Positions 1 to 9,626 of a stretch of 13,371 nt of DNA are shown here, in pieces. Numbering within the stretch: the stretch's first letter is position 1; each line of letters begins with the position of its first letter. The position numbers and the translations under genes are program-made. The notes under the pieces were generated by a model, which was not told the DNA's origin, did not search any database, and saw nothing but the letters and a program-made list of their open reading frames with translations. Origin of the DNA: Octopus sinensis (taxonomy: Eukaryota); assembly GCF_006345805.1 (NCBI RefSeq), contig NW_021825548.1:1-13371 (forward strand). Reading direction: 5' to 3'.

Positions 1-210
1 AGGAGGAAGAGGAAGGAGAAGAAGAAGAACAAGAAGAACCAAGAACCAGAGGGGAGGAGGAGGAGGGAGGAGGAGGAAGAAGAAGAAGAACAAGAAGAAC
101 AATAAGAGGGTGAGGGGAGGAGGAGGAAGAGGAAGGAGAAGTACAAGAAGAACAAGAAGAACAAGAACAAGAGGGGGAGGAGGAGGAGGAGGAGGAGGAG
201 GAAGGGGAGG
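1..210. repeat. Purine-rich low-complexity tract of mixed (GGA)n/(GAA)n/(CAAGAA)n
   Basis: Almost only A/G on the + strand, in triplet runs such as aggaggagg and gaagaagaac. Confidence 0.95.
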
Positions 211-702
211 TCGATCGATTGTGAGACGATTTCCATTTAGAATCCAAAAGGGAACATTCTAAATTGTGCAAGACAATCTAATCTACATATTTACCATCGC
301 TTCACACATCGCTGGCCATTGTCGTCACAAATTCAATCGATACATTTAATGAGCGAAGTTTATGATGTATCGATCGACCATACGGCTTTTCCGCTCAAAC
401 GGTTTTGTAGGTTTAGAAGCTGTGCCTTCTGATGTCCAGGAGGAGGCGGTAAGACATTTACGTGACCGTTGAACGGGGTAGAAACAGTAGCCAAATCTTC
501 GTTAAATTACAGTCTGTAGTCTTGCAAGCATCGTGTATGGGGAACGGTCAGAAGCGGCTTGCTTTGCGACCATGTGGTTTCGAGTTCGGTCGCATCTTTG
601 GGCAAGGGGTTTCTATTATGGATGGCCCTGGGCCGATTAATGATTTTATGAGTGAATTCGGAACTTTGGAATTTAATAGATGGAAACAGCGTGGGAAACA
701 TA

Positions 703-870
703 GATGCACAGGGGTGGATATGTGGTAAGAAGCTTGCCTCCTAACCACATGGTTCCAGGTTCAGTCCCACTGTGTGACACCTAGGACGACTGACTTCTTC
801 TATAGCCTCAGGCAGACAAAAGACTTATGAGAGGATTTGGTCGGCAGAAATTGGAAGTTCGTTGTGTGTG
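703..870 (+). mobile_element. tRNA-derived SINE family 1, degenerate 5' fragment
   Basis: B-box-like GGTTCAGTCCC at 758-768. Aligns by eye to the reverse complement of 13080-13246 (tgtggtaag..gcttg..aaccacatggttcc.ggttcagtcccac..g..cacct..ctatagcctc). Confidence 0.8.
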
Positions 871-1182
871 TATTTACATATAAACGGTCGTGACTTCTGG
901 GACTTGACCGAGAAAAGAACACGAATGACCCGTTTTTTTTTTGTTTTATTTTTGCCTGTCCTTCTAATTGTTGTTTCTTTTGTCTGCCTTGTATCTTCTA
1001 TCTGTCCGAATGTTTTATTGTACTCTATTGCGATTCTGTTCCATAATTATATATATATATATTACCTATTTGTTATGTCATGCATTGTATTAAAAAATAA
1101 GCTATAAATGTGGTCAAATCGATATGTCTGTTTAGTCTGAGACTTTCTCCGTTTTCTGATTATTTGCATTTATATATATATA

Positions 1183-1608
1183 TACTAGCAGCATAGCCCG
1201 GCGTTGCCAGGGTATGTAAGAGCCCCTAGTAGGCAACGACTAATCCCAATCTAGTCCTTTCCCTCTAGGGAACGAAGGCGCATGTGTAGGTTGCAATGTC
1301 TTCTCTTCACTCGAATACCTCTGTGTATACGATGTTCCTAGCTGTCCCTTTGGGCGATAAAATGGTCGAGTTGTGTCCCCTAGACAGAAAATGTGTTGCA
1401 TATAAAAAGCTTAGATTCTCGAGCCAATGTCGAATTTATCGATTTTTTTCAGAACTGGGGGAACTTTTCAAAATTTTCACTGCGTTAGTTTGAATTATGA
1501 CATGGGCTATGTGTGTGTCAAGTTTCATAAGAATCGTTGAAAGCCGTGGTCAGAGTGAGGGTACAACCTGACAGACACACAGACACACAGACAGACAAAC
1601 TGCCGTTT

Positions 1609-1610
<2 letters not shown>
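1183..1610 (+). mobile_element. Non-autonomous Helentron/HINE (Lep1/DINE-1-like) element
   Basis: Starts TACTAG with a near-terminal GC hairpin (cccggcgttgccaggg), ends with a (GACA/CA)n microsatellite before a T-run, and is flanked by (TA)n. This matches the recalled layout of such elements. No database check was possible. Confidence 0.55.
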
Positions 1611-1639
<29 letters not shown>

Positions 1640-1683
1640 ATATATATTATATATATATATATAGATAGATATATATATATATA
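1609..1683. repeat. (TA)n microsatellite, imperfect
   Basis: Direct reading. Confidence 0.95.
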
Positions 1684-2010
1684 TGGGTGTGAGTGATTGT
1701 GTATAGAAGAATATATTAATAAAAAGAATTCCAACCTTGTCTGATTTTCACGTTTTATTTACAATCTTATAATGATATATTATAAGATAATATATTATAA
1801 TTGAATAAAATAAAATAAAATGAAATAGTAGAATGTTAATGTTCATTCTGATTGAACTAGTACTTTCATGCATTGAATTCTGCAATCTTCGGGTTCATGT
1901 AGTAGTGTTGACAGTCATGCTTCACAATTTTTGACTGTAGCAAGATGATGATCTGTGCTAAAATACAGCTGGGTAGGCTCAGAGTGCTAGGTTTTGCAAA
2001 CTGTATTTCT

Positions 2011-2073
2011 GACCAATCAGTGTGTAGTATCACTCAATTACTTAAGCTGATTGGTTGGTTGAGCTGATTGGTT
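2011..2073. promoter_or_regulatory. Cluster of three CCAAT (NF-Y-type) boxes
   Basis: GACCAATCAG on + at 2011-2020. GCTGATTGGTT twice (2046-2056, 2063-2073), which is AACCAATCAGC on the minus strand. All match the extended RRCCAATCAG consensus. Function is unproven. Confidence 0.4.
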
Positions 2074-2244
2074 TAGCATCACGCTTTGTTGGACATGTCA
2101 GAGTCCTGTATCTTGACCCGGCCGAAGCAGCAATTGTTGGGTTATTTTTAGAAATGTTGTAAATATCCTTTGTCAGAGATTTTTATATTTTTATATTTCA
2201 ATTGTCATCATCATCATTGTCAGCACCTTAATTATTGTTGCTAG

Positions 2245-2810
2245 ATCCCAACAAAGAAAATACGTGACGGTGAAAGCTTCCTTGCTGTGGGCTCCGTACT
2301 CGATATCAATAACTATATTATTGATTCTTATACGAAGATGCTTGATAGCAACAAACGACACAGTTGGGTGTTTTCTAAAGAAATGGGTAGAGTTTTCAAG
2401 GAAATATGTAACAGGAGAAACTTCACTGCTGTGGGTCACGAGTTTGATGTCGATGAATTTAGCCTTCGTTGCAATATCAAGACACCTGATCCTCTCAAGC
2501 GAAGCAGATGTGAATGTTCTCTACAGGAAGTTGTTGAGACGATTAAGAAAACATATGAAGCCCCACTGTTGTGGGCCACGTGTTTGGTGTCAATCAAGCT
2601 ACCATTCCTTCAAATATGAAGGTGCAAAACAATGCATACGAGTGTATTCTGCATAGAAAAAGCAAAGGTAACCACGAAAATATGTGACGCTAGAAGCTTC
2701 ATTTTCGTGGGCCATGAATTTAGTGTTAATTAATCTAATATTCGCTAAATTACAAAGATTCTTGATCCTCATAAACAACACAGATGAGCGTATTCTCTAC
2801 AAGAAAACGT
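2245..2810 (+). pseudogene. Four tandem, degenerate pipsqueak/CENP-B-N-type helix-turn-helix repeats (~46-48 codons each), with frameshifts and stops
   Basis: GTGGGY anchors at 2287, 2431, 2571 and 2707. Translations: KKIRDGESFLAVGSVLDINNYII, KEICNRRNFTAVGHEFDVDEFSL, VGHVFGVNQATI, KICDARSFIFVGHEFSVN*SNIR, with linkers like DPLKRSRCECSLQEVVETIKK. Resembles the pogo/Tigger N-terminal HTH pattern (SLxEKVxxI..S..AVAxxFxVNESTIR). Confidence 0.55.
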
Positions 2811-3342
2811 TCGAACTCCAGTTTGCCATATTGCGGATTTCAAGGATCGACATAATAACAGCTTGGCCATGTGTGCAGCCGAGTTCTTGTCCAATCAGAC
2901 GCCATACATCACGTGAAAGGTCAATTTAGATCCTTCTAGAACGTTTCCCAACAAGGGGTTTTTAAAAGTTGGCATTTTTTTTTTTTTGCTGGCGAAGGGC
3001 TGCGGCTGCACAGTGGATTTTGAAAGAGTTAGGATGTATAAACAAGAGGTAGGTAGTTTGATTGCCTCATGTTTATACGTTCAACCCTAGGTGTTCCTGC
3101 TGAAGATGATTTCACCTGGCGATTATATATGTTATTCATTTACTTGCTAAACTAAAATCAGAAACCAATTGGTCCAGAAAACTAGATGGTAAAATGTTTT
3201 TATTTTTTCATTTCGTTCCTGTTGAAATTTATCCCTAACTTTTGTGGTTATAGAACCTAGCTGTTCTTTCTAGTGTATTGAATCCCATGAGTGGATTCCT
3301 CATGTGTTTAAATGTACTGTATATATATATATATTCTCATAC

Positions 3343-4153
3343 ATCGTTTTTTTTTTTTTCATTTTTAACGCCCGCTTTTCTTTACTAACATGTATCAGGA
3401 GCAATTCGTTGAGGACAATGTTCTTCCTGTCGCCGACCCTCACCTACTTTCAATTTAGCTTCTTGCTTGTTGCTTTTGCTTTCTTACACAACAAATATAT
3501 CTTGGCACACCTGGCATAGCACTTGCGTCATCGTTCTTATCATCCTTCAGAATGTTAGCCAGGATGATGTTAAAGTCTCCGTCCAACTGAGTCCATCTCA
3601 GATCTGTCGCTGGTGGGAAGTTCAGCCGTGGTTTCTTCTCGAAACTCTTCAGGTTTTCAGGATCATCCGCTCCTCTTGAGCATTGTGTTTCTTCATAAAA
3701 TATTTATTCATTAGATATTTTATGAAAAATACTTTCCTTTTTTGTTTTACTTTCTTGGTTTCGCTCCCCTTCTCTCGCTCTCTGTATGGTTCAAATGTAG
3801 AAAAGAAAACATAGAGACAGGTGAGGGGACAACAAGCAAATATATTAGTTTGACGCTCAGGAAAAATGGAAAAGTGTTTGACGTTTCGAGCCTACGCTCT
3901 TCGACATAAAGGGATGAGAGGGGAAAATGTGGCGAGAGAGGGAAGGAGAGAGAGAGAGAGAGGGGGAGAGAGAGAAATGTGTTGGGATTAATGGTTCCAC
4001 ATGTTAAAAAAAATATATATATGTATACATTCACACATATCGTTCTTTTTTCATTTTGAACGTTCGTTTTTCCATACTCGCATGAACGAAGAGGAATTCG
4101 TGGAAGGAAATTTTGTGTGACTGGATATCCTTCCTGTCGCTGACCCTCACCTG
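3343..4153 (+). repeat. Diverged direct repeat pair, ~3343-3445 and ~4039-4153
   Basis: Shared atcgtt(t)n-catttt.aacg..cg.tttt and cttcctgtcgc.gaccctcacct blocks. Confidence 0.7.
3420..3690 (-). mobile_element. Decayed fragment of a non-LTR retrotransposon, possibly HERO-like (region upstream of RT)
   Basis: Minus-strand KKPRLNFPPATDLRWTQLDGDFNIILANILKDD, then after a frameshift RTMTQVLCQVCQDIF..GRRQ. Resembles the recalled R.KWP....W.QLDEDL..IL...M..I...C.ERF motif. No RT motif is present. Confidence 0.4.
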
Positions 4154-4234
4154 TTTTCAGATGTATTTTCACAGAATATTGGAAACGAAAAACACCGCTT
4201 GCATGATGCTAACCTTCGTTTACAACTACCACGC

Positions 4235-4236
<2 letters not shown>

Positions 4237-4281
<45 letters not shown>

Positions 4282-4316
4282 TGCGCACGCACACACACAC
4301 ACACACACATACACAT
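4237..4316. repeat. (CA)n microsatellite
   Basis: Direct reading. Confidence 0.95.
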
Positions 4317-4534
4317 AATGTTATAATATATAGAGAGCACAAATCTTGTTTAGAAAGTTACCTCGTGTTTCCTGGTTGAAACAATCACTTATTCCGCCAT
4401 TTATCAAGCTAAGAAGACTATTTGTCAGTTGTTTTTAGAGCCGATATCGTTTAAACAAGAGACGCTAGCAAAGAAGACAAGAAGAAAACACAAGGGAGAT
4501 AAGCATCGTTACACTAATTTGATGTCAAGCAGAC

Positions 4535-5195
4535 AATGGTTTTTACGAAGTGTCCGGTGGCCTACTGTTAAATTCTGACAAGATATATTTCTTGAAATAT
4601 GGGCATAAGAAAAAATTCGTTCCTGGAATTTACGTAATCGTTGGAGACTCTCAAGTTCTTTAAGGGATGTAGTTTTTCAAGAGAACACACTGAACATTTA
4701 TTAGACCCGTTGATATAGGAGCAGGATTTGGATGGGAGTTTCCATTTGGTATCGAAATTGGTCCCTTCGTCTTTTAAGTTTCCAGATTAAAGCCGAAAGG
4801 GTTGTTGAATGTCCCTTATCACGGTACCTAAAGTTTGAAAGATGGTTGCTATATCCAGATTTAAAATTCCCTTCCACGGCTCCACTATAACGTTTGATAT
4901 TTGTACGACCATCCTTGTTTTTGCTGAATGCCGTGTCTCATAAACAACGGAAGATATATCGCACTTCTGTCCTTGAGGACAATTAGATCTACCTCTACAT
5001 GTGCATTCAGCGCAGGCTTCAGTCGTCTGTTGTTTATTGATATACGACTGAACATTAGGAACGAGAGAAAGTAATTTTAATCGTTTGTTGTCAAAAGATT
5101 TTTGAGTATCTACGGGTCCTAAGGAAGTGGGTATCGACTAAATGCAAGGCTTTTCTACCTACGTTTGTCCTAACATTAAGGGACAAGGGAGCAAC
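4535..5195 (-). mobile_element. Penelope-like element remnant 1: linker plus GIY-YIG endonuclease C-terminal part, frameshifted
   Basis: Frame-stitched minus-strand translation: NVRTNVGRKALHLVDTHF..KIFDNKRLKLLSLVPNVQSYI..ECTCRGRSNCPQGQKCDISSVVYE..RYSGAVEGNFKSGYSNHLSNF..STTLSALIWKLK.DEGTNFDTKW..YINGSNKCSVCSLEKL..VNSRNEFF..CPYFKKYIL. This is a typical PLE endonuclease region. Confidence 0.8.
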
Positions 5196-5285
5196 CATAA
5201 AACTAAGTAACAGAGGAGATGGGGGAGTTGTAGAATACCGTCACACACTCACACACAAACTCATACACACATGTATGTATGTATA

Positions 5286-5440
5286 TACGAAGGGCTTCTT
5301 TCAGTTTCTGTTTCACCAAATCCATTCACAAGTCCCGAGGCTCTAGAAGAAAACACTTGCCCATGGTGCCATGCAGCGGGACTGATCTCGGAACTATATG
5401 CCTGGGATGTAAACTTCTTACCACACAAGCACACGCACGC
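5286..5440 (-). mobile_element. tRNA-derived SINE family 1, degenerate 5' fragment
   Basis: Colinear with 13081-13240 (gggcttctttcagtttc..accaaatcca.tcacaag..cccgaggct..agaaga..acttgccca.ggtgcca.gca..gggactga). Confidence 0.85.
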
Positions 5441-5444
5441 ACAA

Positions 5445-5484
<40 letters not shown>

Positions 5485-5494
5485 ACACACACAC

Positions 5495-5558
<64 letters not shown>
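5441..5558. repeat. Compound (CA)n-(TA)n-(GA)n microsatellite
   Basis: Direct reading. Confidence 0.95.
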
Positions 5559-5561
<3 letters not shown>

Positions 5562-5948
5562 AATTGAAGAGATTAAAGATCTATTAATTTATCGTCTTTT
5601 TTTTCAGTCATATAATTGTCTTTATAATTATATCTTCTCAACGGTTTAATTCGTTATTTTATTTAATTGTTTTCAACCTCCCTCTTCGCTATTTTTCCCC
5701 CCTTTTTTTTGAGACTCTTAAACGTCTACGCATTTATCCTCAATATAATTTATCTATATACTAATTAGCCATATATCTCTTAATTAACTTCTAGTCTAAT
5801 AATTCTATTTATTTTACAGATATCAATCTATAGACATTCGTACATATTAAGTTGACGTAAATAGATAAACTGCGCCAATCTTATCGATGCATCGATCACA
5901 TTCTCATAATAATGCTACACAATATTATACATTGTGTTGAGGAATGAA

Positions 5949-6265
5949 GGCGCTAGCTTAGTGGTTAGGGTATTTGGTTCCCGATCGTAAGGTCGTGAGT
6001 TCGATTCTTGGCGGCACGTCGTGCCCTTGAGCAAGACACTTTATTCCATGTTGTCCCAGTCCACTCAGCCGGCCAAAATGAGTGCCACCTGTAATTCAAA
6101 GGGCCAGCCTTTGTCACATTCTGAATCACACTGAATCTTCCCCTGAGGACTACGTTAAGGGTAAGCGCATCTATGCTCCGGCACATAGAATTTCACGATC
6201 CGGCTGTTCAACTTGGATCCGGCTTGGATCAACTTGAACCCTCGTCGTCGTAATTGCCTGAGTGT
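5949..6265 (+). mobile_element. tRNA-derived SINE family 2, copy 1
   Basis: A box TAGCTTAGTGG (5954-5964) and B box GAGTTCGATTC (5997-6007). The body is homologous to 6279-6614 and to 7155-7382 on the minus strand. Confidence 0.85.
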
Positions 6266-6278
6266 CAGTTTTTAGGGA

Positions 6279-6614
6279 AGGTACATGGCTCAGTGGCTTA
6301 GTGGCCAAGGTATTCGGCTCACGATGATAACATCATAGGTTCGATTTCTGCCGGTATGTGTGTCGTGTTCTTGAGCAAGACACTTTGTTTCACATTGCTT
6401 CCAGTCCACTTACCTGGCAAAAACAAATTGTACCTGTAATTCAAACGGGCCAGCCTTGTCCCATTCTGTGTCTTGTTAAATTTACTTGAGAACTACGTTA
6501 AGGGTACATGTATCTGTGGAGTGCTCAGCCACTTGCACATTAATCTTATAACCTGGCTGTTCCGTTGATTGGATCGACTGGAACACTCGTCGTCGTAACC
6601 GATGGAAAGCCAGT
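6279..6614 (+). mobile_element. tRNA-derived SINE family 2, copy 2
   Basis: A-box-like TGGCTCAGTGG/TGGCTTAGTGG and B box GGTTCGATTTC. Shares ttgagcaagacacttt, cctgtaattcaaa.gggccagcctt, actacgttaagggta and ctcgtcgtcgtaa with copy 1. Confidence 0.85.
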
Positions 6615-6616
6615 TG

Positions 6617-7075
6617 TATTGGGTCAAAAGTTTTGCAATATTTTGGTAATTTATTTACTTTATTTGTCAAGTTGCCAGAAAAGCAGTCCAGAATTTCAAA
6701 GCAGAGGCCATCGTGTTGCAGCCGTCTGAAGCCACCTTTCGGTCAGATCTTGGGTCTCACGCGGAATCCAGTTCTTGTCCTTCGAGGCGAAAACCTCCTT
6801 CACTGAAGCTTCCGCCTCCTGTTGGTCCATGAAGCACCGCGAGTGGGAGAAGTGAGCTAGGGGTCAGAACAAACAATAACCTGAAGGAGCTAGGTCCAGG
6901 CTATCTATTGGGTGGGATATCAGTTCGATTTCCTCAAGTTCCTCGATTTTATTCTGGGTCGTTCGAGCAGTATGAAGTCTTGCGTTGTCTTGTTGCAGAA
7001 GATCTCGCTTTCTATTAACCAATGCCAGGTATTCTTGTTGCACAAAATGACCAGCATCCACTCTTTGCTGCTCGG
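6617..7075 (-). mobile_element. mariner (DD34D) transposase 3' fragment with probable right TIR
   Basis: Minus strand: LALVNRKRDLLQQDNARLHTARTTQNKIEELEEIELISHPIDSLDLAPSGYCLF*PLAHF..FASKDKNW..LTERWLQT. The QDNA and (SP)DLAPSDY motifs are recognisable, with 35 positions between the second D and the DLAP-linked third-D site (here mutated to G). TA followed by TTGGGTCAAAAGTTTTGC at 6617 resembles a mariner terminus. Confidence 0.85.
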
Positions 7076-7154
7076 AATACAGTTTCTTTTTTCTTTAATT
7101 TATCTTCTTATTGCTATTCTTCCGTCTTTCACTTCCAGAAAACGAAACCTGATC

Positions 7155-7382
7155 GCATAGACACGCATACCCTTAACGTAGTTCTCAGGGGGAGATTCAG
7201 TGTGATTCAAAATGTGACAAGACTGACCCTTTGAATTTCAAGTGCCACTCATTTTGGCCATCTGAGTGAACTGGGACAACATGGAAAAAAGTGTCTAGCT
7301 CAAGGGCACGACGTGCCGCCAAGAATCGAACTCACGACCTTACGAGCGTGAACCAAATGCCCTAACCACTAAGCTAGGGCCT
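7155..7382 (-). mobile_element. tRNA-derived SINE family 2, copy 3 (3'-truncated)
   Basis: Reverse complement of 5949-6176, with A box TAGCTTAGTGG and B box GAGTTCGATTC on the minus strand. Confidence 0.85.
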
Positions 7383-7557
7383 TCATTCCTCAGCACAATG
7401 TATAATATTGTGTAGCATCGTTATGAGAATATGATCGATGCGTAGATATAAACGTTTCGCAGTCATGACTAAAAACTAAGGTTCAAAACCCTACATCCTA
7501 TTCTTGACACCTCGACATGATTAAACAACAAAACTATTCGCACATATATTGACTCAT

Positions 7558-7602
7558 GCAAGGTAAAGGACGAAAAACTTAAGTATTCGTCCTTTACCTT
7601 GC
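7558..7602. repeat. Perfect 17-bp inverted repeat with 11-nt loop
   Basis: GCAAGGTAAAGGACGAA (7558-7574) and TTCGTCCTTTACCTTGC (7586-7602). Confidence 0.9.
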
Positions 7603-7968
7603 TTTGCTTACGTCTATTCTTCCTGTTTTTTCCTTCATCTTCATTTTCACTTCTAAAATGTCACCCATGCTGTAAATGTATCACTTTCTCTTCAGTCTGC
7701 ATGTGTTTTAATTCCGGCTTACTATAGCTTCACTATCTGCAATATTTGGAGTCCTTTAACACTAACATTTGAGCCTCCTGAGAGGAACAAATTGATCTTT
7801 ATCACCAAGTGTTTTGTATCAAAACGTGGGCAGATGGAAAGTAATTTACTTTGTCAATATAATTATTCAAAACTAGACTGTATTAGCGAAGAGGTTATTT
7901 AATAAAATAATTCCATAGCAATTAACAATTAGTAACTAGATGGATGATCTGATATTTCTTATAACTGT

Positions 7969-7976
7969 TCTCTCTC

Positions 7977-8023
<47 letters not shown>
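7969..8023. repeat. (CT)n microsatellite
   Basis: Direct reading. Confidence 0.95.
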
Positions 8024-8026
<3 letters not shown>

Positions 8027-8175
8027 AAATGGGACAAGAACGTAACAGACGACAACATGACATACAGATAGTTAGATGATACAAAAAGGGATAAGGATAA
8101 AACAAGGACGGGTCATTCGGAGTTTTCATTCGTCAGTCGAGTTCAAGATTATCTTTGCTGCTTCGGCTGGTTATA

Positions 8176-8210
<35 letters not shown>

Positions 8211-8379
8211 ATAAGAAAGTTGGTTTGAGAAAGCACGTGGGTGAATATATAGAAAAAAGTAAAGAGTGAAAAAACTACAGAAGGCTTACATGTTAAAAAA
8301 CATATATTTGCGTCAATATGTCTGAAGAATATTAGAAAATTAAAAAAAAAAGTTTTTCTCTTATAATGACATAATTTAA

Positions 8380-8418
8380 AAGAAAGACCGGTTTCGCGTG
8401 TAGCTTTTCAAATTTCTT
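8380..8418 (-). ncRNA. Minimal type I hammerhead-like motif with variant core (U3/A8) in the PLE 3' end
   Basis: Minus strand: AAGAAA-U-UUGAAAA-GC(UACAC)GC-GAAA-C(CG)G-UC-UUUCUU. Stem I is 6 bp, stem II is 2 bp, stem III is palindromic (ACCGGU), and the triplet is GUC. Confidence 0.5.
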
Positions 8419-9588
8419 GTGACGTTATGTTTATGTTGAATAGAGTTATCGTTATGTTTAGTTCAGGAGAGTTCTAAATAAGGGAAGGTAGTGAGTGATT
8501 TCTTTCCGGTGTAAGGGATATAACACTTAAATTTTTTTTCCTTTCCCTTGGTGTGAATTTCTCTGTATCAGTAATGTTCGGATGGTTGAGTCTGGGCTTG
8601 TACTTTTCAATGAAGAATGTTTCCTTGTTTAGTCTAATTTGTGTTGATGATCCGAAAGCACATTGGTACAATGGAAAGATTAAAATTGCGGTAGTAGTTG
8701 CTTTGCGCATTTCTCATGTGCTCACTAAAAGGTATCATTCTATATTCTGGGAATGCAATCTGTTGTCGATGCAGTGTGCATCTACGTCTGAGTGATAGTC
8801 CCGTGGAACCCACGTAGTCTTGGTGGCAGCCCGAGCATTTTATGACATAAATTATGTTTTCAGAGGCAAAGTAAAGTTAGATTTGATCTTGAATTCTGTC
8901 CCCTTTTAAAGAGGAATTCTGATCCTTCTAGCAGGTTAGGACATGTTGCACAGTTCGATCTACCACATTTTTTTTACTTTTGCATCCGTAATTTCAGAAG
9001 ACAATTTTGCCTTTGTGAGAATCTTTTTTAAGTGATTTAGGCTGTTTGTAGCTTTTAATGATTTGGTGTATGTTTAGAATTTCCTTTAATTTGGGGTCTT
9101 TATGAAGTATTGGTAAAATTCTGGGTGATGATGGTGAAGGCTTCTTTGTTTCTGGGGTTGTAAGTAGATATGTAAGGTAGTATTTTCGGGGAAGGTGTGT
9201 TGTTGTGTTGAACTTTTCTTAAAGTTTCTATGTTGATTTCTGTTGCACGTCTCATCCCATCCTCTATGAGTTGAGCTGGGTATTTCTGTCAATTAGGGTT
9301 TTTTTGAGTTCTTGCATCTAAAGTTCCTGGTATTTTGTTCTGACACTATTGTGCATATCCTTCTTGCAAATTAGACTAAACAAGGAAACATTCTTCATTG
9401 AAAGTACAAGCCCAGACTCAACCATCGAACATACTGATACAGAGAAATTCACACCAAGGGAAAGGAAAAAAATTTTAAGCGATTATCTCCCTTACACCGG
9501 AATAAATCACTCACTACCTTCCCTTATTTAGAACTCTCCTGAACTTAAAACATAACGATAACTCTATTCAACATAAACATAACGTCAC

Positions 9589-9626
9589 AAGAAATTTGAA
9601 AGCTACACGCGAAACCGGTCTTTCTT
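9589..9626 (+). ncRNA. Second copy of the PLE hammerhead-like motif, in the inverted arm and one A shorter
   Basis: aagaaa-tttgaaa-gc tacac gc-gaaa-c cg gtc-tttctt. Confidence 0.4.

Larger units (their letters stand above)
5881..7451. repeat. Inverted repeat: arms ~5881-6176 and ~7155-7451, spacer ~980 bp
   Basis: Arms align base by base at roughly 85-90% (estimated by eye), including ~70 bp of non-SINE flank (gcatcgatca.attctcataa..atgctacacaatattatacattgtg.tgaggaatgaagg). Confidence 0.9.

Noticed and set aside
209-379. 11-bp inverted repeat GGTCGATCGAT / ATCGATCGACC as possible MITE ends
   Set aside because: It is short, internally palindromic and has no target-site duplication.
462-1734. 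ORF-track ORFs at 462-748, 862-1107, 1296-1493 and 1525-1734
   Set aside because: They overlap a SINE, the HINE-like element or microsatellites and show no recognisable motifs.
3747-5587. ORFs at 3747-4172, 4113-4379 and 5261-5587
   Set aside because: They are driven by (CA)n, (GA)n and (TA)n runs that lack stops (HTHT, ERER, IYIY).
5949-6020. tRNA gene
   Set aside because: A and B boxes are present, but no acceptor stem closes and the sequence continues into a repeated SINE body.
8100-8150. Minus-strand CUGACGA...CGAAU-GACCCGUC resembling an HHR, with a related 12-mer at 922-933
   Set aside because: GAAA is broken and stems I and II do not form. It is likely a dispersed repeat fragment.
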